The notes beneath the pieces are model-generated. The model did no database searches, was not told the origin of the DNA, and saw only the letters and a list, made by a program, of their open reading frames with translations. Shown here piece after piece: positions 1-9,099 of a stretch of 11,731 bases of DNA (its first letter is position 1; every line of letters starts with the position of its first letter). The translations under genes and the position numbers were made by a program. Source of the stretch: Octopus sinensis (lineage: Eukaryota); NCBI RefSeq assembly GCF_006345805.1, contig NW_021826916.1:1-11731 (forward strand), in the 5' to 3' direction.

Positions 1-7
1 TAATAAA

Positions 8-41
<34 letters not shown>

Positions 42-86
42 CAGAAGAAGAGAAGAAGAAGAAGAGAAGAAGAAGAAGAAGAAGAA

Positions 87-118
<32 letters not shown>

Positions 119-120
119 AG
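1..120. repeat. Compound microsatellite (TAA)n then (GAA)n
   Basis: Directly visible: TAA units 1-40, GAA units 43-120 with occasional single-base dropouts. Confidence 0.97.
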
Positions 121-374
121 AGGAATAGGGAGAAGAAGAAACGAAACAAATTGAGAGCGAAGCAAAGAGCATATCTGTAATAGAAGACAATAGAGACGTG
201 TCGATTGATAGATAGATGCGAAAGTAGGAACTGTTCAGAGGTCAGCTATGAAACATCGAAAAAACAGTGTAGATATTTCAATCAACATTTTGTCGGGTGT
301 CTTTCCTACAGCATGTTCAGTATCGGGTTTACAGTCGTTGTCGTTGTCGATGTTCATCTACGTGCTTCCGCTTG

Positions 375-525
375 TAGTTGTTGTTGTTGTTGTTGTTGTT
401 GCTGCTAGTGCTGGTGCTGGTGCTGGTGCTGTCAATATCGATACAGTTCTTAGGGCTGTATTATTTTTTTTAACTTTTATATTTGTTTTTGTTGTTGTTG
501 TTGCTGTTGTTGTTGTTGTTGATTT
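375..525. repeat. (GTT)n / (GCT,GGT)n microsatellite patches
   Basis: GTT runs at ~375-400 and ~484-520; (GCTGGT)n at ~408-430. Confidence 0.9.
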
Positions 526-587
526 GGTTGTCTTTGTTATTATGTTTCCGCGCTGTCCGTTATATCATCTACATAATCATATATTTT

Positions 588-757
588 TTCTCTCTTCTTC
601 TTCTTCTTCTTCTTCTTCTCCTCTTCTTCTTCTTCTTCTTCTTCTTCTTTTCTTCTTCTCTCTTCTTCTTCTTCTCTCTTCTTCTTCTTCTTCTTCTTCT
701 TTCTTTTTCTTTTGTCTTCTTCTTTCTTCTTCTTCTTCTTACTTTCTTCTTCTTCTT

Positions 758-788
<31 letters not shown>

Positions 789-955
789 TTATTATTATTA
801 TAGTCGTCAGCTTCATCATGATCATCACCACGATCGTCATCGTTGTCAACATAATCGTCATCATCATATCATCATCATCATCATCTCATCATCATCATCA
901 TGATCATCCTCATCCCCTTCCTCCTCCTCCTCCTCATCATCATCATCATCATTTA
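588..955. repeat. Compound microsatellite (TCT)n-(TAT)n-(CAT)n-(CCT)n
   Basis: Directly visible; explains the poly-S/L/F/I/H stretches in ORFs 248..976, 483..803 and 712..903. Confidence 0.96.
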
Positions 956-1229
956 TTTACGTATTTATTTATTTAATTTCGGCGTCCATTCATATAATGG
1001 TAACAAGACAAGGTCATATTTCAGGAAGAATAACGTTTTCTCTGAGGTGAGCGAGTGAATGAGTGAACGAGGGTGCGAAAGTGTGAGAGAATGAGCGAGA
1101 ATTGTAAAGAATTTTGGTAATGGAATCTCTGGTGGTTAACCGGGGCGGAAGTGATTGAATGGAGCAATGACGTAACTGTGGAATAAATAAGAATACCAGC
1201 AAAACTGTACTGATAACAAAAAGCAAGAA

Positions 1230-1307
1230 AATAACAACAACTGTAATAACAGCAACAGCAAGAAGAAGAAGAAGAAGAAGAACGACAACAAAAACAACAA
1301 CAACAAC

Positions 1308-1342
<35 letters not shown>

Positions 1343-2005
1343 AGATAATAATAATAATAACAATAACAACAACAACAATAATAATAATAATAATAATAAC
1401 AACAGCAACAATAATAATAATAATAATAACAACAACAGCAACAACAACAGCAACAACAACAACAACAACAGCAACAACAACAACAGCAACAACAACAACA
1501 ACGACAACAACAACAACAACAGCAACAACAACAAGAACAACAACAACAACAAGAACAATAATAATAATAATAATAATAACAATAACAATAACAATAACAA
1601 TAATAATAATAATAATAATAACAACAACAACAACAGCAACAACAACAGCAACAACAACAGCAACAACAACAGCAACAACAACAGCAACAACAGTAACAAC
1701 AACAACCACAATAAAAACAACAACAGCAGCAGCAGCAGCAACAACAACAAGAACAACAAGAACAACAATAATGATAATAATGATAATAATAATAACAATA
1801 ACAATAACAATAACAATAACAATAATAATAATAATAATAACAACAACAACAGCAGCAGCAGCAACAACAACAACAACAACAGCAACAGCAGCAGCTGGAG
1901 CAGCAGCAACAACAACAACAACAACAACAACAATAATACTAATAATAATAATAATAATAACAACAACAACAACAACAAAACAACAACAATAATAATAATA
2001 ATAAT
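1230..2005. repeat. Long mosaic trinucleotide array (AAC/AAT/AGC/GAT/AAG)
   Basis: Directly visible; source of ORFs 1014..1709(-), 1136..2137(-) and 1318..1992(+). Confidence 0.97.
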
Positions 2006-2006
2006 G

Positions 2007-2474
2007 AATGCCCTGATGCAGTACCAGGCAGTGGCTCTCATGGCTTCTGATTTTAAACTGATTGGAAGTGTTATCATGTACATTGTTTTATCTTGGTGTA
2101 AAAGATGGGCTACAGCAAATATTCTGCTCAATGCCACAGATTTTTCTTGTCACTTGTTTGACCGTAACCAGTTTTTTGGGGTTTGAATAATTCACTTCTG
2201 GAAACATGGGTGTTTCGTTCAACATCCTTAAACAACCCTTATTCAGGGACCTTTTGAGCAGGATGGGTTACTCGACCTGAAGAAAATTCTAACTGGGCTC
2301 AAGTGCAAGGCCATGTGCTGTTTATCTTGATATGAGATCACCATGTCGCACACATATGTTAATGATGCCTGTGCCTAGTGTACCCTTATCAGACGGGTAG
2401 TCATGATGGGTATATTGGGCTTCGTATATTTTACCCCAGTGTCACTTTGATGGCATGCACTGCTCTCTTACTCT
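2007..2474 (+). mobile_element. Interspersed repeat, probably the 3' part of a non-LTR retrotransposon, embedded in (AAT)n
   Basis: Complex ~470 bp block with sharp borders to (AAT)n on the left and (ATAATG/AAT)n on the right. Ends in a possible stem-loop (CAGTG 2437-2441 / CACTG 2458-2462) followed by an AAT-type tail. Resembles a high-copy repeat I recall from Octopus assemblies (unverified); class is inferred. Confidence 0.55.
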
Positions 2475-2587
2475 ATAATGATAATGATTATAATAACAAC
2501 AACAACAATAATAGTAGTAAGGATAGTAATAATCATTAAAACATTAATAACAGCAACAAGAATGACGATAGTAGTAGTAGTAGTAGT

Positions 2588-2648
<61 letters not shown>

Positions 2649-2702
2649 TGGTGGTGGTGGTGGTGGGGTGGTGGTGGTGGTGGTGGTGGTGGTTGTGGTG
2701 GT
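2475..2702. repeat. Compound microsatellite (AAT/AAC)-(TAG)n-(CAG)n-(TGG)n
   Basis: Directly visible. Confidence 0.95.
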
Positions 2703-2934
2703 GGCACCGAGCTGGCAGAATCGTTAGCATGCCGGACGAAATGCTTAGCGGTAATTCGTCTGCCGCTACGTTCTGAGTTCAAATTCTGCCGGGGTCGACT
2801 TTGCTTTTCATCCTTACAGGTCGATTAAATAAGTACCAGTTACGCACTGGGGTCGATATAATCGACTTAATCCGTTTGTCTGTCCTTGTTTGTCCTCTCT
2901 GTGTTTAGCCCTTTGTGGGTAGTAAAAAAATAGG
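2703..2934 (+). mobile_element. tRNA-derived SINE, near full length
   Basis: Pol III A-box-like TGGCAGAATCG (2713-2723) and B-box GAGTTCAAATTC (2775-2786). GGCAGAAT (2714-2721) is complementary to ATTCTGCC (2783-2790). The core GGTCGACTTTGCTTTTCATCCTT...GTCGATTAAATAAGTACC recurs at 9646-9691 in this window. A-rich end, flanked by (GGT)n on both sides. Confidence 0.88.
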
Positions 2935-2992
2935 TGGTGGTGGTGGTGGTGGTGATGTTGATGGTGGTGGTGGTAACTATAATAATAACATA

Positions 2993-3064
2993 TCTTACTA
3001 CTATAGGTACAAGGTCTGAAAGTTTGCCGAAGGGGGTAAGTCGAAAAAATGGAAGGCTAAGTCT
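2993..3064 (-). mobile_element. SINE 3' remnant (same core family, different tail)
   Basis: Reverse complement reads GACTTAGCCTTCCATTTTTTCGACTTACCCCCTTCGGCAAACTTTCAGACCTTGTACCTATAGTAGTAAG, matching core pieces (GACTTTGC.TTTCAT, TCGACTT) of the SINEs at 2703 and 9631. Confidence 0.55.
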
Positions 3065-3249
3065 CAATAATGAGAATAACGAATTCATCCTTCCGAAGAC
3101 GACGTATGACGGTAAAGTTTTTGCCAACCGACCCTCACAAATGGGTTACTATAGCCATCAAATGCACGTACAGTACATTAGCGCACCCTTTCTATCAAGT
3201 TGGCGTTGCTTGAACAGGTGTCCATTAAACCATGTTTCAGTTGTCGATG

Positions 3250-3328
3250 GGGTCGCAGAACAATGTGATATGAAGTGCCTCACTGAGGAGCACAAGTCAC
3301 CCTCCTGTCTAGGAATTGAAACAGCAAT
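3250..3328 (-). mobile_element. Older tRNA-derived SINE, B-box side (interrupted by the insertion at 3329-3768)
   Basis: Minus-strand B-box GTTTCAATTCC (3322-3312) followed by ...TTGTGCTCCTCAGTGAGGCACTTCAT, similar to the TGTG.CCTTG.GCAAG.CACTT block that follows tRNA heads in many SINEs. The downstream boundary is uncertain. Confidence 0.55.
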
Positions 3329-3544
3329 ACTCTTTTACTATTTCATTCCTTTACTATTTGACTGCGACCATGCTGGAGCACCGCCTTTAATCGAGCAACT
3401 CAACCCCGGGACTTATTCTTGTAAGCCCTGCACTTATTCTATCGGTCTCATTTGCCGAACCGCTAAGTAACGGGGACATAAACACACCAGCATCGGTTGT
3501 CAAGCAATGCTAGAGGGACAAACACAGACACACCAACACACACA

Positions 3545-3596
<52 letters not shown>

Positions 3597-3768
3597 CATA
3601 TATACGACGGGCTTCTTTTCAGTTTCCGTCTACCAAATCCACTCACAAGGCTTTGGTCGGCCCGAGGCTATAGTAGAAGACACTTGCCCGAGCTGCCACG
3701 CAGTGGGACTGAACCCGGAACCATGTGGTTGGTAAACAAGCTACTCACCACACAGCCACTCCTGCGCC
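3329..3768 (-). mobile_element. tRNA-derived SINE, full length, with internal (TA)n microsatellite
   Basis: Minus strand starts GGCGCAGGAG; A-box TGGCTGTGTGG (3758-3748) and B-box GGTTCAGTCCC (3715-3705) are 32 nt apart. Internal (CA)/(TA)n at ~3525-3604. The 3' part contains GGCGGTGCTCCAGCATGGTCGCAGTC and a (GTAAAAGA)-type tail. AAT is duplicated at 3326-3328 and 3769-3771. Confidence 0.9.
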
Positions 3769-3811
3769 AATCTAGTAATTGTTAGTGCAATACACAAACC
3801 AACTGGTCATG
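3769..3811 (-). mobile_element. Older tRNA-derived SINE, A-box side (continuation of 3250-3328)
   Basis: Minus-strand A-box-like TGACCAGTTGG (3809-3799). Removing 3329-3771 places it 33 nt from the B-box at 3322, which is tRNA-like spacing. Confidence 0.5.
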
Positions 3812-3821
3812 ATAAAATTGA

Positions 3822-3900
3822 TAACAACAACAAGAACAACAACAACAATAATCATAATAATAATAATAATAAGAAGAAGAAGATGATGATGATGACGATG
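3822..3900. repeat. Compound microsatellite (AAC)-(AAT)-(AAG)-(GAT)
   Basis: Directly visible. Confidence 0.9.
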
Positions 3901-4374
3901 AAGGTAAAATAATGGCGCCTATGAAATAAATATGTACAAATAAATATGTACAAGAGGAAAGCAACTTGAAATAGGGAAGGAAATGTGAATGAAGACCATC
4001 TAAGCAAGGTTGTTGTGTAACACAAAAAGCGCGAGGACTGGTTGAAGAAGAATCAATTATGAGATTACCATAAAAAATGCATAACAAAGCAATCGCGATG
4101 TCACAAGATCTGAATAATTTGACAAGTGACAGGTGAAAAATTATTCGAGTTATGCCCCTTTGCTACCGTATTTGCTGCTCTGATATTAAAATTTATGCAT
4201 TTCCTTGTGTTGTTGTTGATGGAGTTTGCTGTTGTACTTTGTGTTTGATTTTGCATGTGAGATATTTTTTTTATGTAAGCATGTAGGTATATCTATAAGT
4301 ATAGATAGATGGTAAAAGATAAATGCATATTCAAAAATAATACTTGAATTGGGATGTTTGGATGTATATTTTAA

Positions 4375-4720
<346 letters not shown>

Positions 4721-4721
4721 C

Positions 4722-5011
4722 ATTGGTTTCAGAGGACCACAGCTCTAACATCCTCCCTAAATGCCTGAGAGACTTACATGGTGTGGATGTGGGTTTCTTT
4801 AAAACTAAACTGGATCTCTTCTTGTCAGGAGTCCCAGATGAACCTACCTCACGACAGGAGACACAGATGCGGGCAGCAGCATCGAATTCCCTTGTTGATC
4901 AAGTGCCACGTATCAGAGGTGGATTTACATATTAGTGTAGCTCATTCAGCGGTGGTGCCCCAGCATGGCCGCAGCCTTCGGGCTGAAATATTTTAATGGA
5001 TTTAAGGATTT
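4722..5011 (+). mobile_element. 5'-truncated LINE 3' end (CR1/L2-type): ORF2 C-terminus, 3' UTR and short tandem tail
   Basis: Coding remnant ends at TAG 4933-4935, followed by a short UTR with hairpin CAGCC-TTCG-GGCTG (4972-4985) and a tail with repeated (A/T)GGATTT units. Short tandem tails are typical of CR1/L2 clades; clade assignment is by motif resemblance. Confidence 0.78.
4725..4935 (+). pseudogene. LINE ORF2 (reverse transcriptase protein) C-terminal remnant with a frameshift
   Basis: Reads GFRGPQL/(2-nt loss at ~4746)/[62 protein letters not shown]. This fits the FNxLP...FKxKLDxFL...PD.P...SNSL pattern of CR1/L2-like ORF2 C-termini. Confidence 0.78.
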
Positions 5012-5065
5012 ATATATACATATATATATGTACGTGTATATATAATATATATGTATATATATATA

Positions 5066-5101
<36 letters not shown>
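5012..5101. repeat. (AT)n microsatellite
   Basis: Directly visible. Confidence 0.95.
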
Positions 5102-5103
<2 letters not shown>

Positions 5104-5232
5104 CCTTTCCCCTCTCACATTTCCCGGCCTTTTCTTCATGCTCGCTTTCCCTCATCTTTCACTTCACTGAGTCTCTTTAATTTCTTTCTCGCCCCTCCTT
5201 AATTCTTGTATCCCTCTACCTATACCTATCCC

Positions 5233-5236
5233 CTCT

Positions 5237-5277
<41 letters not shown>
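5233..5277. repeat. (CT)n microsatellite
   Basis: Directly visible. Confidence 0.97.
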
Positions 5278-5280
5278 TGT

Positions 5281-5770
5281 CTACCCACGTGACCAGTGTT
5301 CGGCCAGGCCTGACCTTTCTTTCGTGGTTCAGCTACCATCTGTGCAACATCTATGTTCCTCTCTGTGCATGTTAAATCTGATGTCCCTGCCGCAAGACTT
5401 TACTCCCACACACGCCAGCTTAATTTAATTCGTCCTTAGTGGAAAGACACCTGTTGTTATGTCCTGTTAATTGCATTTGTATTTGAGTAACATTTCTCTG
5501 TTTTCTTCCGTCCTTGTTTTCGTATACATTCGCTGCTTTCTTCCAAGGAATCTCATGCTCTTAGCTTAGTTTTTCCTTGGGGCTAGCCAGATTGGAGCAA
5601 TCTGGAGTATAACCAGCCGAAATTGTAAAGATAATCTGGAACTCGATTGAGGATAGAAAACTCCGAATGTTGTCTATATATCGTCTGTCTGGATGTTTTG
5701 TTGTCCCTTCTTTGTATCACTTGTCTGGATGTTTTGCGTTCTTGTCCCATTTTTGTATTTTTTGTGTATT
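5281..5770. mobile_element. Probable interspersed repeat of unknown class
   Basis: Complex block bounded by (CT)n and (CA/TA)n, with a terminal tandem duplication (5686-5717 / 5722-5757). Resembles a repeat I recall from Octopus assemblies (unverified). No recognisable ORF. Confidence 0.45.
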
Positions 5771-7059
5771 TTATACGTACACACACACACATATATATAT
5801 AGTGTGGGGGCTAGCACTGTAACAGTACGTCGCTGCATTCTCTATTCGTTGGAGATCGTCTACATGTTACAGAAGACAGAGTGGAAGGGAAGAGTTAATA
5901 TCTCTTAAATGTTGCCGTATCATTGCTGTGAAGTGTTACATAGGTGCTCGGGTATTCGGAGATTTGTGTTATTTGATGTTGTGGTAAGAAAAATGGAGGT
6001 AGAACATTCCAATTGTAACATATTGCAACGTTCACCTGATCGAGTGCTCTCGCACTTGTAGTATTTTCCCTTCGACGTCTACGTATCTAAAGCGTGTGGT
6101 CTGTGTACGTACGATCAACTATATCGTTCGATGTTATGTGTAGTTTAATTTGTAGTTTATGGAGAGTTTGTATGACTAGACATAATAGAGGCTATGATGG
6201 ATTTAATATATTTCTTGTGCACCCTGCTGACTGAAGAAATGTGATATTGTCAATTGCCTTCTGTTTGTTAATTATTCGTTGTGATTGCATTGCACTATAT
6301 TCAATAGATGGTTTGGACGTTGCTGTGGAATTATATATAACGTCTGATACTTTTTTCTTTATTTCCCGTCTATGTATATTTTGTTTAGGATTTTGGTATG
6401 CGGGCTGGTTTTTGTGTGTCGTGTTCTCTTAGAGTAGATAAAGATATTTGAAATCTCTTGTTGCTGAGCCGATCTTCAAATTAATGTAGGTTCCGAATGA
6501 TGATAGGATTGGAGCACAATGATATCTGACTATGAGATAGTGTCTATTTCTGTGGATGTACGAAGAAAGACTTTGCTTCTCAACCTTTGAGATAGTATAT
6601 ATTTTTGTGGATGTACGGGAGGATTCTGTGATTATAACCTAAGAGGTGTAGAGGAGAATTCGCATTACCTTGCTTCTGCAATTTCAAGACCTGCAAACGT
6701 TGTTCTCGTTCGTTATATTTGCTTAGTAACCCGACGGATAGTTTCCTAGCTACCATTTGTGTTGTTTACATGAGCATAAAATTGATTTAAAAGCTTTGAT
6801 AGTGACGTAGGTAATTACAATTTTACCTCTTTTGATGTTTTACTCACGTGCAAATGTACTGCGCATAAGCATTAACAGGAATTCCGAGAAAGGAGTGGGT
6901 AGAAAAAGGATTAAATATCCTTACATCGAAGACAATCTTGCTAACAGTACGCAAGATGACAGATGCCAAGATGACAGCATTAAAGAAAGCGAAGTATTAA
7001 GTGAAATACGCAAGTAGGCCATGCTGAACCTAGAATACAAACCACATGAAGAAATACCG

Positions 7060-7200
7060 CAGAGTATCGAGTCCAATGTTTTTTTCATTTCCACCAACCC
7101 CGAAAATATGTAAAATGAAATAGTTTTCATCAGGATCGAACTCAGAGACACGGTAAAACTAACTTCAGGATTTTTACCCGCGTTACAAGTAGTAGTACTA
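7060..7200 (-). mobile_element. Possible highly degraded SINE copy
   Basis: Minus-strand TCTGAGTTCGATCC (B-box GAGTTCGATCC 7143-7133) followed by ...TTTTCGGGGTTGG...TTGGACTCGAT, loosely collinear with the SINE core at 2771-2860. Confidence 0.33.
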
Positions 7201-7245
7201 CAAAATTGATGTTTTATTGCATGGTTCTGTTGTTATTGAAATATA

Positions 7246-7434
7246 CGAAGGAGTGCTGAAAAGTCCCGGCTTTAACCGTGTCGCAAAAATCCTGGTTGAA
7301 GGCCCAACATTCCGAGTGCTTCATCTGTGCTTCGAAAATCTGAAGAACCTCTGCAATAAGTGTGTGAATCTGAGAGGGGAATATGTTGAATATTCTTTTT
7401 TACCCAAAGCCAGCAACTTTTCAGCGACCCATTG
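7246..7434 (+). mobile_element. Internally deleted mariner (MITE-like), 189 bp
   Basis: TA at 7244-7245 and 7435-7436. Imperfect TIRs CGAAGGAGTGCTGAAAAGTCCCGGCTTT and (reverse complement) CAATGGGTCGCTGAAAAGTTGCTGGCTTT. Internal 7358-7390 encodes KCVNLRGEYVE, matching the mariner transposase C-terminal motif KC.....G.YVE. Confidence 0.88.
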
Positions 7435-7966
7435 TAGTCTGCTTTATTTTTATATTCTGTGTGCACTTCTATGGTCAAATGTGGTAAATTGAACCAGTTT
7501 TGTTCAAAGAAGATCTAGACTTAGTGTATCATGGCTGCGTGTCGATTAGACACGTTAGAAAAAAGATTTAGATTACATGCACACACCACACACGCGCGCG
7601 CGTGCATACCTCTGTGCTGACACAAATATAAATGTATGTAGGTATGTGCGTATGTGTATTTGTGTAAATATATACATATGGAAAAAAGTCAAGGTAGAAA
7701 ATGCTAAATTAATTTTATAAAAAACATTTCAGTACCAGTTTCAGTAATTGAGAATTCTTCAACTGTAAGTATGGAAAGCAATTAAATTTTGAAAAAATTA
7801 AAAGAAAAGTTTTTCAAAAGAATATTTACATAATATTCAAATACAAGGGGCATTTTCCTAGTTTCTGCATGTTTCTGTCTCGCTTGTTTACTCTTGTGGG
7901 TTCGAGGTCGTCCCGCCAAACAACGTGATGTTGACAGGATGCTTGATTATTAACATTTTCGTACAA

Positions 7967-8195
7967 GTCCTCAGATTCAACCATCCTCATATTGACACCC
8001 AAACACTCTGAACTGCTCGCATTGGATATTCTGGCGCTAATGCCAAGTGGTACAGCTTGCAAATTTCTGGCAGATTATATTGCATCATGGTGTTGTTTTT
8101 TTCACTGATGGTGCCCAGTTGACCTTACTATACTGTAATCGATATGCATCAAATAAAAATATGATATGGCGACAATTTACGCATCGCAACCTCTG
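7967..8195 (-). mobile_element. Tc1/mariner-superfamily transposon 5' fragment (putative TIR plus transposase N-terminus)
   Basis: Minus strand begins CAGAGGTTGCGATGCGTAAATTGTCGCCAT (TIR-like). ATG at 8088 gives MMQYNLPEI, then after a frameshift AVPLGISARISNASSSECLGVNMR (helix-turn-helix-like). 7984-8006 matches 11469-11491 at 21/23 in inverted orientation. Confidence 0.7.
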
Positions 8196-8215
8196 TGTGT
8201 GTGCATATATATATG

Positions 8216-8257
<42 letters not shown>

Positions 8258-8460
8258 TGTATGTATGTATATATATATATATATATGTATGTATGCATTT
8301 ATATATACTTACGCGAACACACATTCACACAGACACACAGAGACATATATAAACATATATATGTATTTATATATGTATATATGATATACATTGTTATAGA
8401 TATAGATATACACACGCACATACACACAAACACACATATATAATATACATATGTATACAA

Positions 8461-8531
<71 letters not shown>

Positions 8532-8610
8532 AATATATATATATATGTGTGTGTATGTGTGTGTGTGTGTGTGGTGTGCGTGTGTGTATGTTTATATGTA
8601 AGTATGTATT
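8196..8610. repeat. Compound (TA)/(CA)/(TG) dinucleotide tract
   Basis: Directly visible; explains all YI/HT/CV-repeat ORFs here. Confidence 0.96.
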
Positions 8611-9099
8611 ACTGAAATACACTTTATGCACCTGAAACGGTGTATCTAGCTTAGTTTAGTGTCTAAACAGATAGGACCACAGACATAAATGGCTCCCAAA
8701 CTAGATACCATATAAGTTTCTATTCGATATCTCTCCATCGTGACCACCTCATTAGCGTATCTCATATGTCCAAGAAGAGCGCTTACGATCATAATTCAAA
8801 AATCAAATTTGGTCAGACAGACGTGGTATGTTGCCTATAAACATCGCTTATTCATATTCTATCATTTGTATATGCAGACGATTTCCATTTATCTTTTAAT
8901 TAAATCTCTGGTGAATTTAGTTATATCTATGTTTAAAATTAAAATTAAAATTGATTTTGTTTATTATATAAGATTCTGATGTACCATTAGTATTATCATA
9001 ATCATAATACTTACCATTATTTATATCCATTTTCTTCTTATTTTTATTGTTATTTGTGTTATTATTATCATAACATTATGATGTTACAGTTTGCTGCAG

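Noticed and set aside
43-120. Single-base dropouts in microsatellites as meaningful variants
   Set aside because: Indistinguishable from long-read indel error or ordinary slippage without raw reads.
205-2137. Long ORFs 248..976, 1014..1709, 1136..2137 and 1318..1992
   Set aside because: Homopolymeric translations of trinucleotide microsatellites with no domain content.
2934-3470. 178-aa ORF with complex-looking sequence
   Set aside because: It runs across (GGT)n and the antisense strand of three separate SINE pieces; a chance read-through.
2713-3768. tRNA genes at the A/B-box sites
   Set aside because: No complete cloverleaf, and each head continues into SINE body sequence.
5600-5670. Possible hammerhead ribozyme (GAAA...ATC...TTGAGGA)
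   Set aside because: The CUGANGA core is mutated here and stems I and II do not pair. Other CTGANGA hits (2277, 7340, 7968 minus, 11485) also lack a valid stem II-GAAA arrangement.
6533-6617. CRISPR-like repeat-spacer-repeat
   Set aside because: Only two repeats, in a clearly eukaryotic context with no cas genes.
7826-7966. C-terminal part of ORF 7826..8062(-) as a host exon
   Set aside because: Its upstream part is the transposase remnant, and the rest has no recognisable homology or good splice sites.
8638-8712. Inverted GTATCTAG/CTAGATAC pair as MITE termini
   Set aside because: Only ~8-10 bp of matching sequence and no target duplication.
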